Notes under the pieces: generated by a model
The model's input: only the letters and a program-made list of their open reading frames with translations
Told to the model about the DNA's origin: nothing
The model's database searches: none
From: a bacterium
GTDB lineage: Bacteria; Patescibacteriota; Patescibacteriia; UBA1558; S5-K13
Direction: 5' to 3'
Length of the DNA: 64,000 bases
NCBI GenBank assembly: GCA_035356975.1
Contig: DAORGW010000001.1
Location: 4,951-68,950, forward strand
In this document: in pieces, positions 1 to 9,462 of the stretch
Layout of the letters: each line of letters starts with the position of its first letter
How positions within the stretch are numbered: position 1 is the stretch's first letter
Position numbers and translations under genes: made by a program

Positions 1-1145
1 ATAACGAACTCAATAATACTGTAAATGCTTATGAAGACGAAGTATCACTAAATAATTCTTGGGATTTTAATAATCATGGAAATTATTGGTATGATTATGA
101 TTCTAATTCTGGCACTCCAAACAATTATGTAATTACAGGGTCTGGGAATGGAATTGATAATTTTCCAAAACCAAGAAAAATGAATTTAAACTGTGGAGAC
201 ACAATTAATCAAAGCGTAACACTTTCAAATAATATTACATGTGTAGCAGATCAATGGGTTTCGCTAAATGTTAATTCAAATAATATAACAATTGATTGTG
301 AGAATCATAGCATTACAGGAAGTCCCGGAATTGATGATTGGGGAATTAATATAATTGGAAGAGATAATATTATAATAAGAAATTGTAATTTTTATGCACT
401 AAATTTTCCAATTTATCATGAAGATGGAAGTTATAATGTAATAGAAAATAATACTTTTAATGCTACTCGCCATGGTCCAATACTTAGAAAAGGAAGTTAT
501 AATATTATAAAAAACAATACAATACTAAACACAGAAATGGATGGAATTGGAGTAATAGGATATTTAAATGATGGAATTCCATCTCATCATAATCAAGTAA
601 TAAATAACACAGTTACAAATTGTGGAAGTGATTATGCAAGTATTGATATAAGTTATGGGTGGAATAATTTAATTGATGGAAATATTGTTACAGGCACGGG
701 TCAGTATGATAATAGTATTATAATGGTAAACGCAGTATCAAATAATAATATGATTTCAAATAATTGGGGAACTGGTGGTGATTATGGTTTTTGGGTAACA
801 ACTGGATCAAGTATGAATACATTTTTTCACAATTATATTTCAAATTCTGCTTATGTTGGAATTTATATTGATTCAGAAACATCTTCTTCAACAATTTATC
901 AAAATACTATTCTAAATAGTACACAGAATAATGCTTATCAAGAAGTTGCTCCAAATGAAGTTCAGTGGGAGTTAAATGGAGTTGGTAATTATTGGAGTGA
1001 CCATAATTGTATAGATTCTGACAATAATGGAATATGTGAAAATCCATATAATTTTCCAGGAGATACAGATTATCATCCACTCCTCACCTCAACCTGGAAT
1101 ACAGGAACTATAAGAAGTTTTTATAAGATAAATAAAAGAGACTAA
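1..1145 (+). CDS. Right-handed parallel beta-helix repeat protein (NosD/pectin-lyase-like fold), 5'-partial. The frame is open from the window start, so the ATG at 180 may be internal.
   Basis: Repeated N-x-x-[IV]-x-x-N beta-helix rungs (NNITIDCENH, IIIRNCNF, IENNTF, IKNNTI, INNTVTNC). Translation upstream of 180 in the same frame (NYWYDYDSNSGTPNNYVITGSGNGIDNFP) has no stop and mirrors the protein's own C-terminal motif (GNYWSDHNCIDSDNNGICENPYNFPGD), suggesting tandem domains of a larger protein. Confidence 0.5.
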   Translation, partial: NELNNTVNAYEDEVSLNNSWDFNNHGNYWYDYDSNSGTPNNYVITGSGNGIDNFPKPRKMNLNCGDTINQSVTLSNNITCVADQWVSLNVNSNNITIDCENHSITGSPGIDDWGINIIGRDNIIIRNCNFYALNFPIYHEDGSYNVIENNTFNATRHGPILRKGSYNIIKNNTILNTEMDGIGVIGYLNDGIPSHHNQVINNTVTNCGSDYASIDISYGWNNLIDGNIVTGTGQYDNSIIMVNAVSNNNMISNNWGTGGDYGFWVTTGSSMNTFFHNYISNSAYVGIYIDSETSSSTIYQNTILNSTQNNAYQEVAPNEVQWELNGVGNYWSDHNCIDSDNNGICENPYNFPGDTDYHPLLTSTWNTGTIRSFYKINKRD

Positions 1146-1207
1146 AAACACAATAAATCAAATAAAATTTTAAAAATACCGTTCATTGAATTTTGTTTTT
1201 TGGCTTA

Positions 1208-1235
1208 TTGACACAAGAAAAAATAATAAGATAAT
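1208..1235 (+). promoter_or_regulatory. Sigma70-like promoter (TTGACA, about 16-17 bp, GATAAT/ATAATA) upstream of the 1262 gene. GGGGG Shine-Dalgarno at about 1254.
   Basis: Read directly: ttattgacacaagaaaaaataataagataatataac followed by ctagggggaataATG. Confidence 0.4.
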
Positions 1236-1261
1236 ATAACTAAAATATTCTAGGGGGAATA

Positions 1262-1807
1262 ATGATAAGTTTTTGTAAAGAGCTATTACAGTGCTTTTTG
1301 TGTTGGAGAGTTTCGTTTGCAACAGAAGAATTTATTAAAAAAGCACAAGTTGTAATTACTTTTTCATTTGGTGAAAGAGATGAAACCAAATTATATTGTA
1401 GATCTAATGTGTTTCTTGCACATATAACTGAATTTATATTTAAAGAATATCAGATACCCGTTATATCTCAGGGGGAAATAGTTAATTTGGTTACCGGTGG
1501 AATTATTTTCAAAATTGAGCACGCTCGTATATCTGAAAAATATTTAGATACTTACGAAGTCGCTATCCAGGCATATGAATTATGTAGGCAGTATGGTTTT
1601 AATAATGTATTAGTTGTAGCCCACCCACATCATATATGGCGGTGTAAAAAGGCATTACAGAAATTTGGCCTTAGTGTATATGCAATAGATACAAATGCGT
1701 GTCCATATGATAAATTATCTAATCAGATATGGACAAGAAGTGCTTGGATTTTTATTCCAAGAGAATTTCTTACAAGAATAATATATCTTTTTCAAAAAAA
1801 GATATAA
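1262..1807 (+). CDS. Hypothetical protein, possibly DUF218/YdcF-SanA-like
   Basis: 181 aa. The motif VVAHPHHIWRCKKAL resembles the DUF218 VTSxYHMxRA region, and a GG motif (NLVTGGIIF) is present. The match is weak. Confidence 0.3.
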   Translation: MISFCKELLQCFLCWRVSFATEEFIKKAQVVITFSFGERDETKLYCRSNVFLAHITEFIFKEYQIPVISQGEIVNLVTGGIIFKIEHARISEKYLDTYEVAIQAYELCRQYGFNNVLVVAHPHHIWRCKKALQKFGLSVYAIDTNACPYDKLSNQIWTRSAWIFIPREFLTRIIYLFQKKI

Positions 1808-1813
1808 AAGATA

Positions 1814-1846
1814 AAAGCGTTCCCTGAATTATTAGGAACGCTTTTT
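1814..1846. terminator. Bidirectional intrinsic terminator between convergent genes
   Basis: Perfect 10-bp stem aaagcgttcc / ggaacgcttt with an 11-nt loop, an A-tract before it and a T-tract after it. Confidence 0.5.
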
Positions 1847-1849
1847 GAT

Positions 1850-2311
1850 TTATAGGTTGATTTGAAGTTCTTCTATTGGATATTCTTTTTCACAATATTT
1901 ACATTGTAAAAATATTCCATCTTGTTTTTGAATTACTATGAATTCTGTTTCTGTTTCTTTGTCTATGCGAGTTATGCATTTTGAGTTGTTGCAGACAATG
2001 AGATTACGTATTGTTGTAGGGAGTTGAATTTTTATTTTATCACAAACCTCTTTGTCTCTTATGATTGAAACAGTCACATTTGGAGCCAAAAGAGCAAGTA
2101 TGCTTGTTTCTTTCTGAGACAGCTCTCTATCTTCGATTTTGATGATATCTTTTTTTTCACCAAAAACTTTACTACTTTTAAGTCCGCTTCCTATAAGATA
2201 ATTATAGTTGCCACTTAAGTATAATATTTTTACAAGTAGTTCAGCTTTACCGTATGGAATATGATCAATTACAGTGCCGTTTGTTATAGCCTTTACTTTA
2301 TCGTCTTTCAT
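1850..2311 (-). CDS. pyrI: Aspartate carbamoyltransferase regulatory subunit
   Basis: N-terminus KVKAITNGTVIDHIPYGKA is typical of PyrI. C-terminal Zn ribbon CNNSKC...CKYCEKEY. Overlaps pyrB by 4 bp. Confidence 0.85.
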   Translation of the reverse strand: MKDDKVKAITNGTVIDHIPYGKAELLVKILYLSGNYNYLIGSGLKSSKVFGEKKDIIKIEDRELSQKETSILALLAPNVTVSIIRDKEVCDKIKIQLPTTIRNLIVCNNSKCITRIDKETETEFIVIQKQDGIFLQCKYCEKEYPIEELQINL

Positions 2312-3219
2312 GATTTTCCCTCCAATAATAAATGGTAAAGTATAGCCTTTCTTACTGTTATTCCCCCCTCTGCTTGTTGCCAGTAATAGGCATACGGGGT
2401 TTCATCTATTTCCCTGGGTATTTCCCCTCTTCGTGGCATTGGGTGGAGAATTTTTAGGTTTGGTTTTACGTTTTTGAGCATTTTTTGTTCAAGCACATAG
2501 AAACCTCTGACCTTGTTGTATTCATCTCCATCTGGTGGAAATCTTTCTTCTTGAATTCTGGTCATGTAACAAACATCAAGTACTTCTATAGCATCTTCAA
2601 TTTTTATGAGTTCTTCGAATTCAATACCCTGTTCTTGTAGATCCCTTATAAATGATTCTGGGATTTTTAAACTTGGTGGTGAAATGAGTTTGAATTTAGG
2701 ATTAAAAAATGACATTGACTTGATAAGCGAATGAACGGTTCTGCTGTATTTTAGATCGCCAACAAAACCTATTGTAAGATTTTCAAGTGTATTTTGAGTT
2801 TTTTTAATTGCATACATATCCAGCAATGCTTGTGTTGGGTGTTGATTAGATCCATCTCCACCATTTATGACTGGAACGTTAACTATTTCTGATGCAAGTC
2901 TCGCTAGGCCTTCTTCTGGCACTCTTAATACAATGAAATCCCCGTATATCCCCATTGTTTTAATAGAGTCATAGGCGCTTTCTCCTTTTTTGATAGAATT
3001 GTTTTCTGTTCCAGGAAAATCAATTGTTTGACCATTAAGTCTTTTAATGGCATATTCGAAAGATCCAAATGTTCTTGTAGATGGTTCTAAAAATGGCACA
3101 ACACCAATTTTTCCAGATAAGTCTGGTTTTAGTTTGCCGTTTTCAATTTTATGAGTAAGTTCAAGAATATGTAAAATATCTTCTTTACTTACATCGCTCA
3201 TTGAAATAAGATGTTTCAT
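2308..3219 (-). CDS. pyrB: Aspartate carbamoyltransferase catalytic subunit
   Basis: STRTR carbamoyl-phosphate binding motif (EPSTRTFGSFEYA) and an HPMP(R) motif. 303 aa. Confidence 0.9.
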   Translation of the reverse strand: MKHLISMSDVSKEDILHILELTHKIENGKLKPDLSGKIGVVPFLEPSTRTFGSFEYAIKRLNGQTIDFPGTENNSIKKGESAYDSIKTMGIYGDFIVLRVPEEGLARLASEIVNVPVINGGDGSNQHPTQALLDMYAIKKTQNTLENLTIGFVGDLKYSRTVHSLIKSMSFFNPKFKLISPPSLKIPESFIRDLQEQGIEFEELIKIEDAIEVLDVCYMTRIQEERFPPDGDEYNKVRGFYVLEQKMLKNVKPNLKILHPMPRRGEIPREIDETPYAYYWQQAEGGITVRKAILYHLLLEGKS

Positions 3220-3315
3220 TTTTCCTCCTTTTTGAAAAAAAGTTCCCCCCGGGAGCTTTTCTTTTTTGTTTATTTTCTGTTAAAAAGTATAACAGGTTTT
3301 AAATTTTTTGCAAAT

Positions 3316-4785
3316 TTATTTCAATTTGTCTCTAAGAATTTTTTCTATAATTTCAGGATTTGCACGACCACCCGTTTCTTTCATCGCAACCCCCACAAAA
3401 TATTTCATTAGATTTTCTTTTCCAGATTTATATTCATTTACCTGAATAGTATTTTCATTAATAATTTTTTGAGCTAATTTTTTAAGTTCATTTTCATTAT
3501 TAATTTGAGTAAAATTATTTTCTTTTATTATATTTTCTGGGTCAGTTCCTGTGTCAAACATTATTTTTAAAACTCTCTGAGCATTTGAACTGTTTATTGT
3601 ATTTTTATAAATTTCAAATATAAATTTAGAAAAATCATTGGGGCTAATTTTTATATTTTCTATGCTAGTGTTTTCTTTGTTTATTAATTTGAATAATTCA
3701 GAAGTAATCCACCCAGTTATTAATTTTGTAATTTTAGATTTTTCTTTTTTGTAATCATTTTGTGAGATAAGTGTTTGAAATTCAGATACAGTATTTTCAA
3801 AAAATTCAGATATTTCTATGGTGTTAGATAAAATCTCTGCATCGTTTATGCTAATTTCAAATTCATTAATAAATCTTTTTATTTTTTCATCTGCAAGTTC
3901 TGGAATTTCAATTTGTAATTTATCAATTTTTTCATCTGAAATAAAAATTTCAGGAATATCTGGTTCGGGGAAATATCTATAATCATTTGATTCTTCTTTT
4001 TCACGTTGTAATTCTGTAATCTGTTTTGCGTCTATATATCCACGAGTAGTTTGTATTTCTGGTTTTTCATTTTTTTCCCATAATTCAGTTTGTCTTTTTA
4101 TCTCGTATTCAAGTGCTTTTTCTACTGATTTAAATGAATTTAAATTTTTAATTTCAGTTTTTGGATAAAGTTTTAGATCTCCATTTGGACGAAGTGAAAT
4201 ATTTACATCACATCGTAGGTTTCCTTTCTCCATGTCAGCATCTGAAATATTTAAATATCTGCAAATTTGGCGTAGTTTTTGTAGAAATAATTTCGCCTGC
4301 CCAGGTGATCTAAAGTCAGGACAAGTTACAATTTCAGCAAGTGGAGTTCCCGCTCTATTAAAATCAACAAGAGTTTCCCCATCTATGTGCATACTTTTTG
4401 CACTATCATTTTCTATGTGTAATCTCTCAATCCCAATTCTTATTTTTTTATCATTTTCTTCTATGATAAAAAATCCATTTTGCGACAGTGGATACTCAAA
4501 TTGAGAAATTTGATAACCATGTGGTAAATCTGGATAAAAATAATTTTTTCTTTCAAAAACACTTCTGTGATTTATTTTTAAATTTAGCGCAAGTGCTAAT
4601 TTTATGGCATAATTTATAACTTCTTCGTTTAAATCGGGTAGTGTTCCGGGGTGACCCAAACAAATTGGACACACAACGCTATTTGGTTTTGTGTCATCAG
4701 AAATATTAGAACAACTACAAAACATTTTACTTTTTGTCTTTAATTGTACATGAATTTCTAATCCTATAATTGGTTCAAGATTCAT
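3316..4785 (-). CDS. gatB: Asp/Glu-tRNA(Asn/Gln) amidotransferase subunit B
   Basis: N-terminus EPIIGLEIHVQLKTKSKMFCSC and overall GatB architecture. 489 aa. Confidence 0.9.
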   Translation of the reverse strand: MNLEPIIGLEIHVQLKTKSKMFCSCSNISDDTKPNSVVCPICLGHPGTLPDLNEEVINYAIKLALALNLKINHRSVFERKNYFYPDLPHGYQISQFEYPLSQNGFFIIEENDKKIRIGIERLHIENDSAKSMHIDGETLVDFNRAGTPLAEIVTCPDFRSPGQAKLFLQKLRQICRYLNISDADMEKGNLRCDVNISLRPNGDLKLYPKTEIKNLNSFKSVEKALEYEIKRQTELWEKNEKPEIQTTRGYIDAKQITELQREKEESNDYRYFPEPDIPEIFISDEKIDKLQIEIPELADEKIKRFINEFEISINDAEILSNTIEISEFFENTVSEFQTLISQNDYKKEKSKITKLITGWITSELFKLINKENTSIENIKISPNDFSKFIFEIYKNTINSSNAQRVLKIMFDTGTDPENIIKENNFTQINNENELKKLAQKIINENTIQVNEYKSGKENLMKYFVGVAMKETGGRANPEIIEKILRDKLK

Positions 4786-4789
4786 AATT

Positions 4790-6478
4790 TTACATTTTGT
4801 TAACAGTATTTATTCCAAGTAAATTTAATCCATTTTTAATTACTTGTGATACGCAGAATACTAGAGCAATTTTTGCTTTTGTAGAGTTTGTATCATTTGT
4901 TATTACTCTAATGTTATTATAAAACTCATTAAAATCTTTTGCTAGATCAATTAGATAATTTGCTACTATATTTGGTTTATAATTCTCTGCTGATTTTATA
5001 AGCACATCTTTAAAATTACTTAAATCTTTTATAATTTTTATTTCTGAGTCTTCTTTTAATAATTTATAATCAATATTTGTTTCGGGTTTTAATTTATATT
5101 CTTTTTTAGCTTTTTCCAAAATACTTAAACACCTTACATAAGTGTATTGTAAATATGGAGATGTGTCTCCATCAAATGCCAGTACCCTATTCCAGTTGAA
5201 AATTATATTTTTGTTTCTATCATTTGATAAATCAGCAAAAATTACAGCACCAAGTCCAATTTTTTTGGCTATTTCTTGATCATCTTTTGCAATTGATTTT
5301 TTGTCTGTCATTATTTTTTTTGCTAAATTGATAGATTTATTCAAAACATCTTCTAGAAATATTATATTTCCTTCACGAGTAGACATTGTGTTATCAGAAA
5401 AACTGAACATTCCAAAATTTACATGTATAAATTTATCTTTATTGAGTTTCATCAAATCTAAAACGGTGAATAATTGTTTAAAATGTAATTCTTGTTCACA
5501 CCCCACAACATATAAAATTTTGTAGGGTTTGTATTTTTTTAATCTATAAATTGCCGCAGATAAATCTCGCAAGTGATAAGAACTTGTTTCATTTGATTTT
5601 AGTAAGAAAAATGGTGGCATTTTAAATTTTTCTAGATCAACTATAAGAGCCCCTTCAGATATTTTTGTATCTAATGATTTTTTTGCTAATTTTAAAGTCT
5701 CTTCTAGATGAGAATTATAAAATGCTTCTCCATCATATGAATCAAATTTTATATTTAAAATTTTATAAATTTTTTTGAATTCTTCAAGAGATAACGATCT
5801 GAAGCTTTTCCATAATTCTAAATTTTTCTTATCATGCTTTTCTAGTTTTTGAAATTGATCGCGCGCCGCATCATCAAGTTTTGGATTTTGTTTTGATTCT
5901 TTGTGAAATTTTACATATAAATCTAGTAAATGTTTTATTGGTTCTTTTTTTAATTCCATAGAACTTCCCCATGTTTTATAAGCATAAATTAATTTTCCAA
6001 ATTGTGTTCCCCAGTCACCCAAATGATTTATACCAATAACCTTATATCCCAATGATTTATATATTTTGTATAATGAGTTTCCTATCACAGTGCTTCTTAA
6101 ATGTCCAATATTAAGTGGTTTTGCAATATTTGGAGATGAAAAATCTATTACAATGACTTTGTTTTTTCCAACACTCTGTTTTCCGAAATTATTTTTTTCT
6201 TTAAAAATTTCATTTATAATATTTTTTGAAATTGAACTATAATCAATAAAAAAATTTACATAAGGACCAATGGCTCTTATTTCTTTTACAAAATTTGGTT
6301 TTTTTATTTTTTTAACTAAATCGTTTGCAATTTCCTGAGCTGATTTATTTAATTTTTTTGATAATTCAAAACATGGAAAAGCATAGTCACCCAATTCTTG
6401 TTTTGGTGGAATTTCAATTTCTGGATTTTTAATTCCGATTGTTTTTGAAATTAAATCTTTTATTTTTTTTTCAAACAT
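4790..6478 (-). CDS. argS: Arginine--tRNA ligase
   Basis: Class I HIGH-type motif PLNIGHLRS, followed by GDWGTQFG, which is typical of ArgS. 562 aa. Confidence 0.85.
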   Translation of the reverse strand: MFEKKIKDLISKTIGIKNPEIEIPPKQELGDYAFPCFELSKKLNKSAQEIANDLVKKIKKPNFVKEIRAIGPYVNFFIDYSSISKNIINEIFKEKNNFGKQSVGKNKVIVIDFSSPNIAKPLNIGHLRSTVIGNSLYKIYKSLGYKVIGINHLGDWGTQFGKLIYAYKTWGSSMELKKEPIKHLLDLYVKFHKESKQNPKLDDAARDQFQKLEKHDKKNLELWKSFRSLSLEEFKKIYKILNIKFDSYDGEAFYNSHLEETLKLAKKSLDTKISEGALIVDLEKFKMPPFFLLKSNETSSYHLRDLSAAIYRLKKYKPYKILYVVGCEQELHFKQLFTVLDLMKLNKDKFIHVNFGMFSFSDNTMSTREGNIIFLEDVLNKSINLAKKIMTDKKSIAKDDQEIAKKIGLGAVIFADLSNDRNKNIIFNWNRVLAFDGDTSPYLQYTYVRCLSILEKAKKEYKLKPETNIDYKLLKEDSEIKIIKDLSNFKDVLIKSAENYKPNIVANYLIDLAKDFNEFYNNIRVITNDTNSTKAKIALVFCVSQVIKNGLNLLGINTVNKM

Positions 6479-6507
6479 ATTATTAAAATATTTTAGAATT
6501 TATAGTT

Positions 6508-7695
6508 CTATAGTAATGTTTGTATGTGATTTAACATTTGATCAACTTTTTTTTCCCAAGTATGATCTTTTATAAATTTTATTCTGTTTTCTATTTTTTC
6601 TTGTGAATTATTATTTAATTCTTCCTGAATTAAAATATTAAATTTTTCAAAATCATTTGCAACAGAGACAATATTTTTAAATTGTTCTACTCCGGGTGCA
6701 TCAGTTGTAACAACCGGAACTCCACAAGCCAAATATTCATAAATTTTCATGGGGCATGTATATTTTATAAAATCATTTAGCAAATGTGGAATGATTCCCA
6801 CATCAAATTGATTTATGTAATCAGGGGTTTCTTTATAACTTTTTTTACCGAGTAGATATATATTTGAATATGCTTTTAATAATTTTTCGTGTTCTTTGTC
6901 CCATATCGGACCAATTAGAACTATTGATTTATCTAGATTTTTTTTAGCAATGTATTCAATTAAATCAAGATTTATTCTGTTTTCTTGAATTATTCCTACA
7001 TATCCAATTATAGGATGATGAATTTTAGCTATATCATTGTTTATTAATTTGCTTTTCATCATGTAGTGAGCCAAATCAACACCCTGGGTTATGTGAAATA
7101 TATTGTCTTTTCTTGGGCTAAAAATTTCTTCGCCACTTTTTGAAAGCACAAAAATTATATTTGCCCTTTCTTTGATTTTTTTATAATTTTCTTCTATTTT
7201 TATTTTGATTTTTTTATAACTTGCATGCTCACACCAATTATCAACAGTATCAAAAACAGACACAGAATATTCAATTCCATCAAAATATTCTACATTTATT
7301 GGATAATAGGACCACAGTATTATATTTTTATATCCATTTTTTTTCAAATATCTGTTTAGATTGCGAAGCATTTTTTTCATTGAGAAAATATTAAAAATAG
7401 TTGAGTAAACCGTGACTTTTTCTTCTGGTTGATAGATTTTTGTAAATCGTGATTTTTTTATTACAGTTCCTTTTGTGTTTTCTAATATATTTTCTTTATA
7501 ATTTCTTAAAGCCCTTTTTATGGTATATGGTAAATAATCAACAGTTAAAATTTTGTCGATTTTTGGATTATTTTTAAGTTGTTTAAAAATTTGAAAATTA
7601 CGATTACTTGTACCACTTTCCCATTCGCTGTAACTAGACATTGAAAACATAACTACATCAAATTTTTGTTCAGTTTTTTGTATTTTTTTAGGCAT
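6508..7695 (-). CDS. Glycosyltransferase, GT1/GT4-like
   Basis: C-terminal GT-B motif KIYEYLACGVPVVTT. 395 aa. Confidence 0.55.
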   Translation of the reverse strand: MPKKIQKTEQKFDVVMFSMSSYSEWESGTSNRNFQIFKQLKNNPKIDKILTVDYLPYTIKRALRNYKENILENTKGTVIKKSRFTKIYQPEEKVTVYSTIFNIFSMKKMLRNLNRYLKKNGYKNIILWSYYPINVEYFDGIEYSVSVFDTVDNWCEHASYKKIKIKIEENYKKIKERANIIFVLSKSGEEIFSPRKDNIFHITQGVDLAHYMMKSKLINNDIAKIHHPIIGYVGIIQENRINLDLIEYIAKKNLDKSIVLIGPIWDKEHEKLLKAYSNIYLLGKKSYKETPDYINQFDVGIIPHLLNDFIKYTCPMKIYEYLACGVPVVTTDAPGVEQFKNIVSVANDFEKFNILIQEELNNNSQEKIENRIKFIKDHTWEKKVDQMLNHIQTLL

Positions 7696-8767
7696 TTAAT
7701 TCTTTTATTAATTTCTGCGTAATTTTTCCCCAAGTAAAATTATTAATTGTTCTTTTGTATGCATTTTCTCCTAATTTTTCTCTTAAATTATCATCTTTTA
7801 ATAATTTTCTTATTGAATTTTTTAATTCTTCTAGATTTTCATCATTTATTAGTAGGCCGCTTACATTGTCAATAACAGCTTCTTTTGCACCACCTGAGTT
7901 TGAGGCTAAGCTTGGTTTTTTAAATAAGGCGGCCTCAAGATAAACTATTCCAAATCCTTCCGTATCATTTTTTGTCTCAAGGCTTACCATTGCAAAAATA
8001 TCACATATTGAATAAAAATAGGGTAATTCTTCATCTGTTACATCTTCTAAAAATATAATATTTTTGTTATCACGTGCTAAATTTTTCAAATATTCTAAAT
8101 TATCCCCAGTTCCAGCTATTAAATATATTAAATTTTGAAATTCATTTTTTAATTCATTTGTGGCTTTTATGATAAATTCGTGATTTTTTCTTTTTATAAT
8201 ACGCCCCACCGTTAAAATTATTTTTTTATTCTCCAAATTATATTTTTTGATAATTGCTAATTTTTTTTCTTCATTTATATTTTGAAATTTTTCATTTATC
8301 CCAGGATATAATATCTCTATAGGAGTTTTTGTTTTAATTATTGATTTAGTTGAATCACTATTTGCAAAAACAATGCGCGCATTATCTAAAATTTTCTTTG
8401 TTATAAATTTTTTGATGATTTTACTCTGAGCAAGTTTTATATCAAGTCCATGAATAAAAATATAATAATTTATTTTTAATGATTTTTTTATAAAATAAGC
8501 ATATTTTCCAATGGGCAAGATATTACCCACAATAATTTTTTCTATTTTTTCATCACTTACTATTTTTTTAATTTGATTTATGGTTGTAAAAAAATGGCAT
8601 ATTCCAAAATTTAAATCTTTTCTTATTATATTTTTTTCTTCTTCGCCTTTTACATTTGTAAGAACAACTAATTCATCATTAGGAAAATTTTTGAAAATAT
8701 TATAATAATAATTTGATATTCCACCACGATTTGGTAAAAAGTCAAGTGTTATTAAAAGTGTCTTCAT
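7688..8767 (-). CDS. Glycosyltransferase family 4
   Basis: EGFGIVYLEAALFKKPSLASNSGGAKEAV is the classic E-x7-E GT4 motif. 359 aa. Confidence 0.7.
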   Translation of the reverse strand: MKTLLITLDFLPNRGGISNYYYNIFKNFPNDELVVLTNVKGEEEKNIIRKDLNFGICHFFTTINQIKKIVSDEKIEKIIVGNILPIGKYAYFIKKSLKINYYIFIHGLDIKLAQSKIIKKFITKKILDNARIVFANSDSTKSIIKTKTPIEILYPGINEKFQNINEEKKLAIIKKYNLENKKIILTVGRIIKRKNHEFIIKATNELKNEFQNLIYLIAGTGDNLEYLKNLARDNKNIIFLEDVTDEELPYFYSICDIFAMVSLETKNDTEGFGIVYLEAALFKKPSLASNSGGAKEAVIDNVSGLLINDENLEELKNSIRKLLKDDNLREKLGENAYKRTINNFTWGKITQKLIKELNA

Positions 8768-8833
8768 AAATAAAAATAATATGCATTTATTGGTTTATTA
8801 TAGCATAAATACATATTTTTCGGAATTTGTAAT

Positions 8834-9454
8834 TTAAAAGTCGGAACGTGCTTTTTTAAGGAAATTTTTATATTCAGGATCGCTTGTCATGAGTTCTTCT
8901 AATACTTGTCTTACATATTCTGCTTTGGCTTTTTTTTCTGCCATTGATTTCCATGTTAAATATCTTTCTATTTTTGGTGAAATTCTTAGGGTAAATTTTA
9001 CATTCACTTTTTCTTTTATAAGAGAACCAGACTCAAGTAAATTTAGGAAATCAGAAATAATATTTTGATAAGTTAATTTTTCTTTATCATTTTTTGAATA
9101 AAATTTTAAGAAAAAGTTTTCTCCTAAATTAGGATCTTTTCTTATGTATTCAAGTTGTTCCGGAATTATGTGACCTTTTTCCATTAGATATAGTAATGGT
9201 TTTTTATAGGCAAGAGCTGTTGCTATAACATAAACCGAGTCAGGAGAAATATTTGTTCCCTCAATTATTACAGCCTCTATTTGATCATAGCTTATGCTTT
9301 TTTTTGCTTCATTTTCCCCTCGCGAAATTTTTTTCTCCAAATTACTTACTAAATTGATTCCGTTTTTTATTAAAAATTTATGAATATCAACGTATCTACT
9401 TTCCCAGTATTTGTCGCTTAATTTATCCAAATTTGTAAAATAATATATTTTCAT
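8834..9454 (-). CDS. Hypothetical two-domain protein. The N-terminus is a Rossmann-like (NDT/YtoQ/SLOG-like?) domain and the C-terminus is a ribbon-helix-helix DNA-binding motif.
   Basis: C-terminal KFTLRISPKIERYLTWKSMAEKKAKAEYVRQVLEELM fits the RHH beta-strand plus helix pattern (CopG/Arc-like). The N-terminus (MKIYYF..., VIATALAYKKPLLYL) loosely resembles nucleoside 2-deoxyribosyltransferase-like folds but lacks the catalytic Glu. Confidence 0.35.
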   Translation of the reverse strand: MKIYYFTNLDKLSDKYWESRYVDIHKFLIKNGINLVSNLEKKISRGENEAKKSISYDQIEAVIIEGTNISPDSVYVIATALAYKKPLLYLMEKGHIIPEQLEYIRKDPNLGENFFLKFYSKNDKEKLTYQNIISDFLNLLESGSLIKEKVNVKFTLRISPKIERYLTWKSMAEKKAKAEYVRQVLEELMTSDPEYKNFLKKARSDF

Positions 9455-9462
9455 TTAATTAT

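Noticed and set aside
1-1145. Very high density of N-x-S/T sequons in the beta-helix protein as evidence of N-glycosylation
   Set aside because: Asn ladders are intrinsic to right-handed beta-helix rungs, and Asn/Thr/Ser are abundant in this AT-rich genome. Sequon density alone is not evidence.
3211-3411. Short antisense or overlapping ORFs listed in the track. Other examples are at 4232-4504, 5301-5525, 7755-7943, 11668-11946, 12280-12729, 12311-12553, 12821-13075, 13317-13499 and 13583-13849.
   Set aside because: Each is embedded antisense in a well-supported longer gene, is low-complexity, and has no RBS. They are shadow ORFs.
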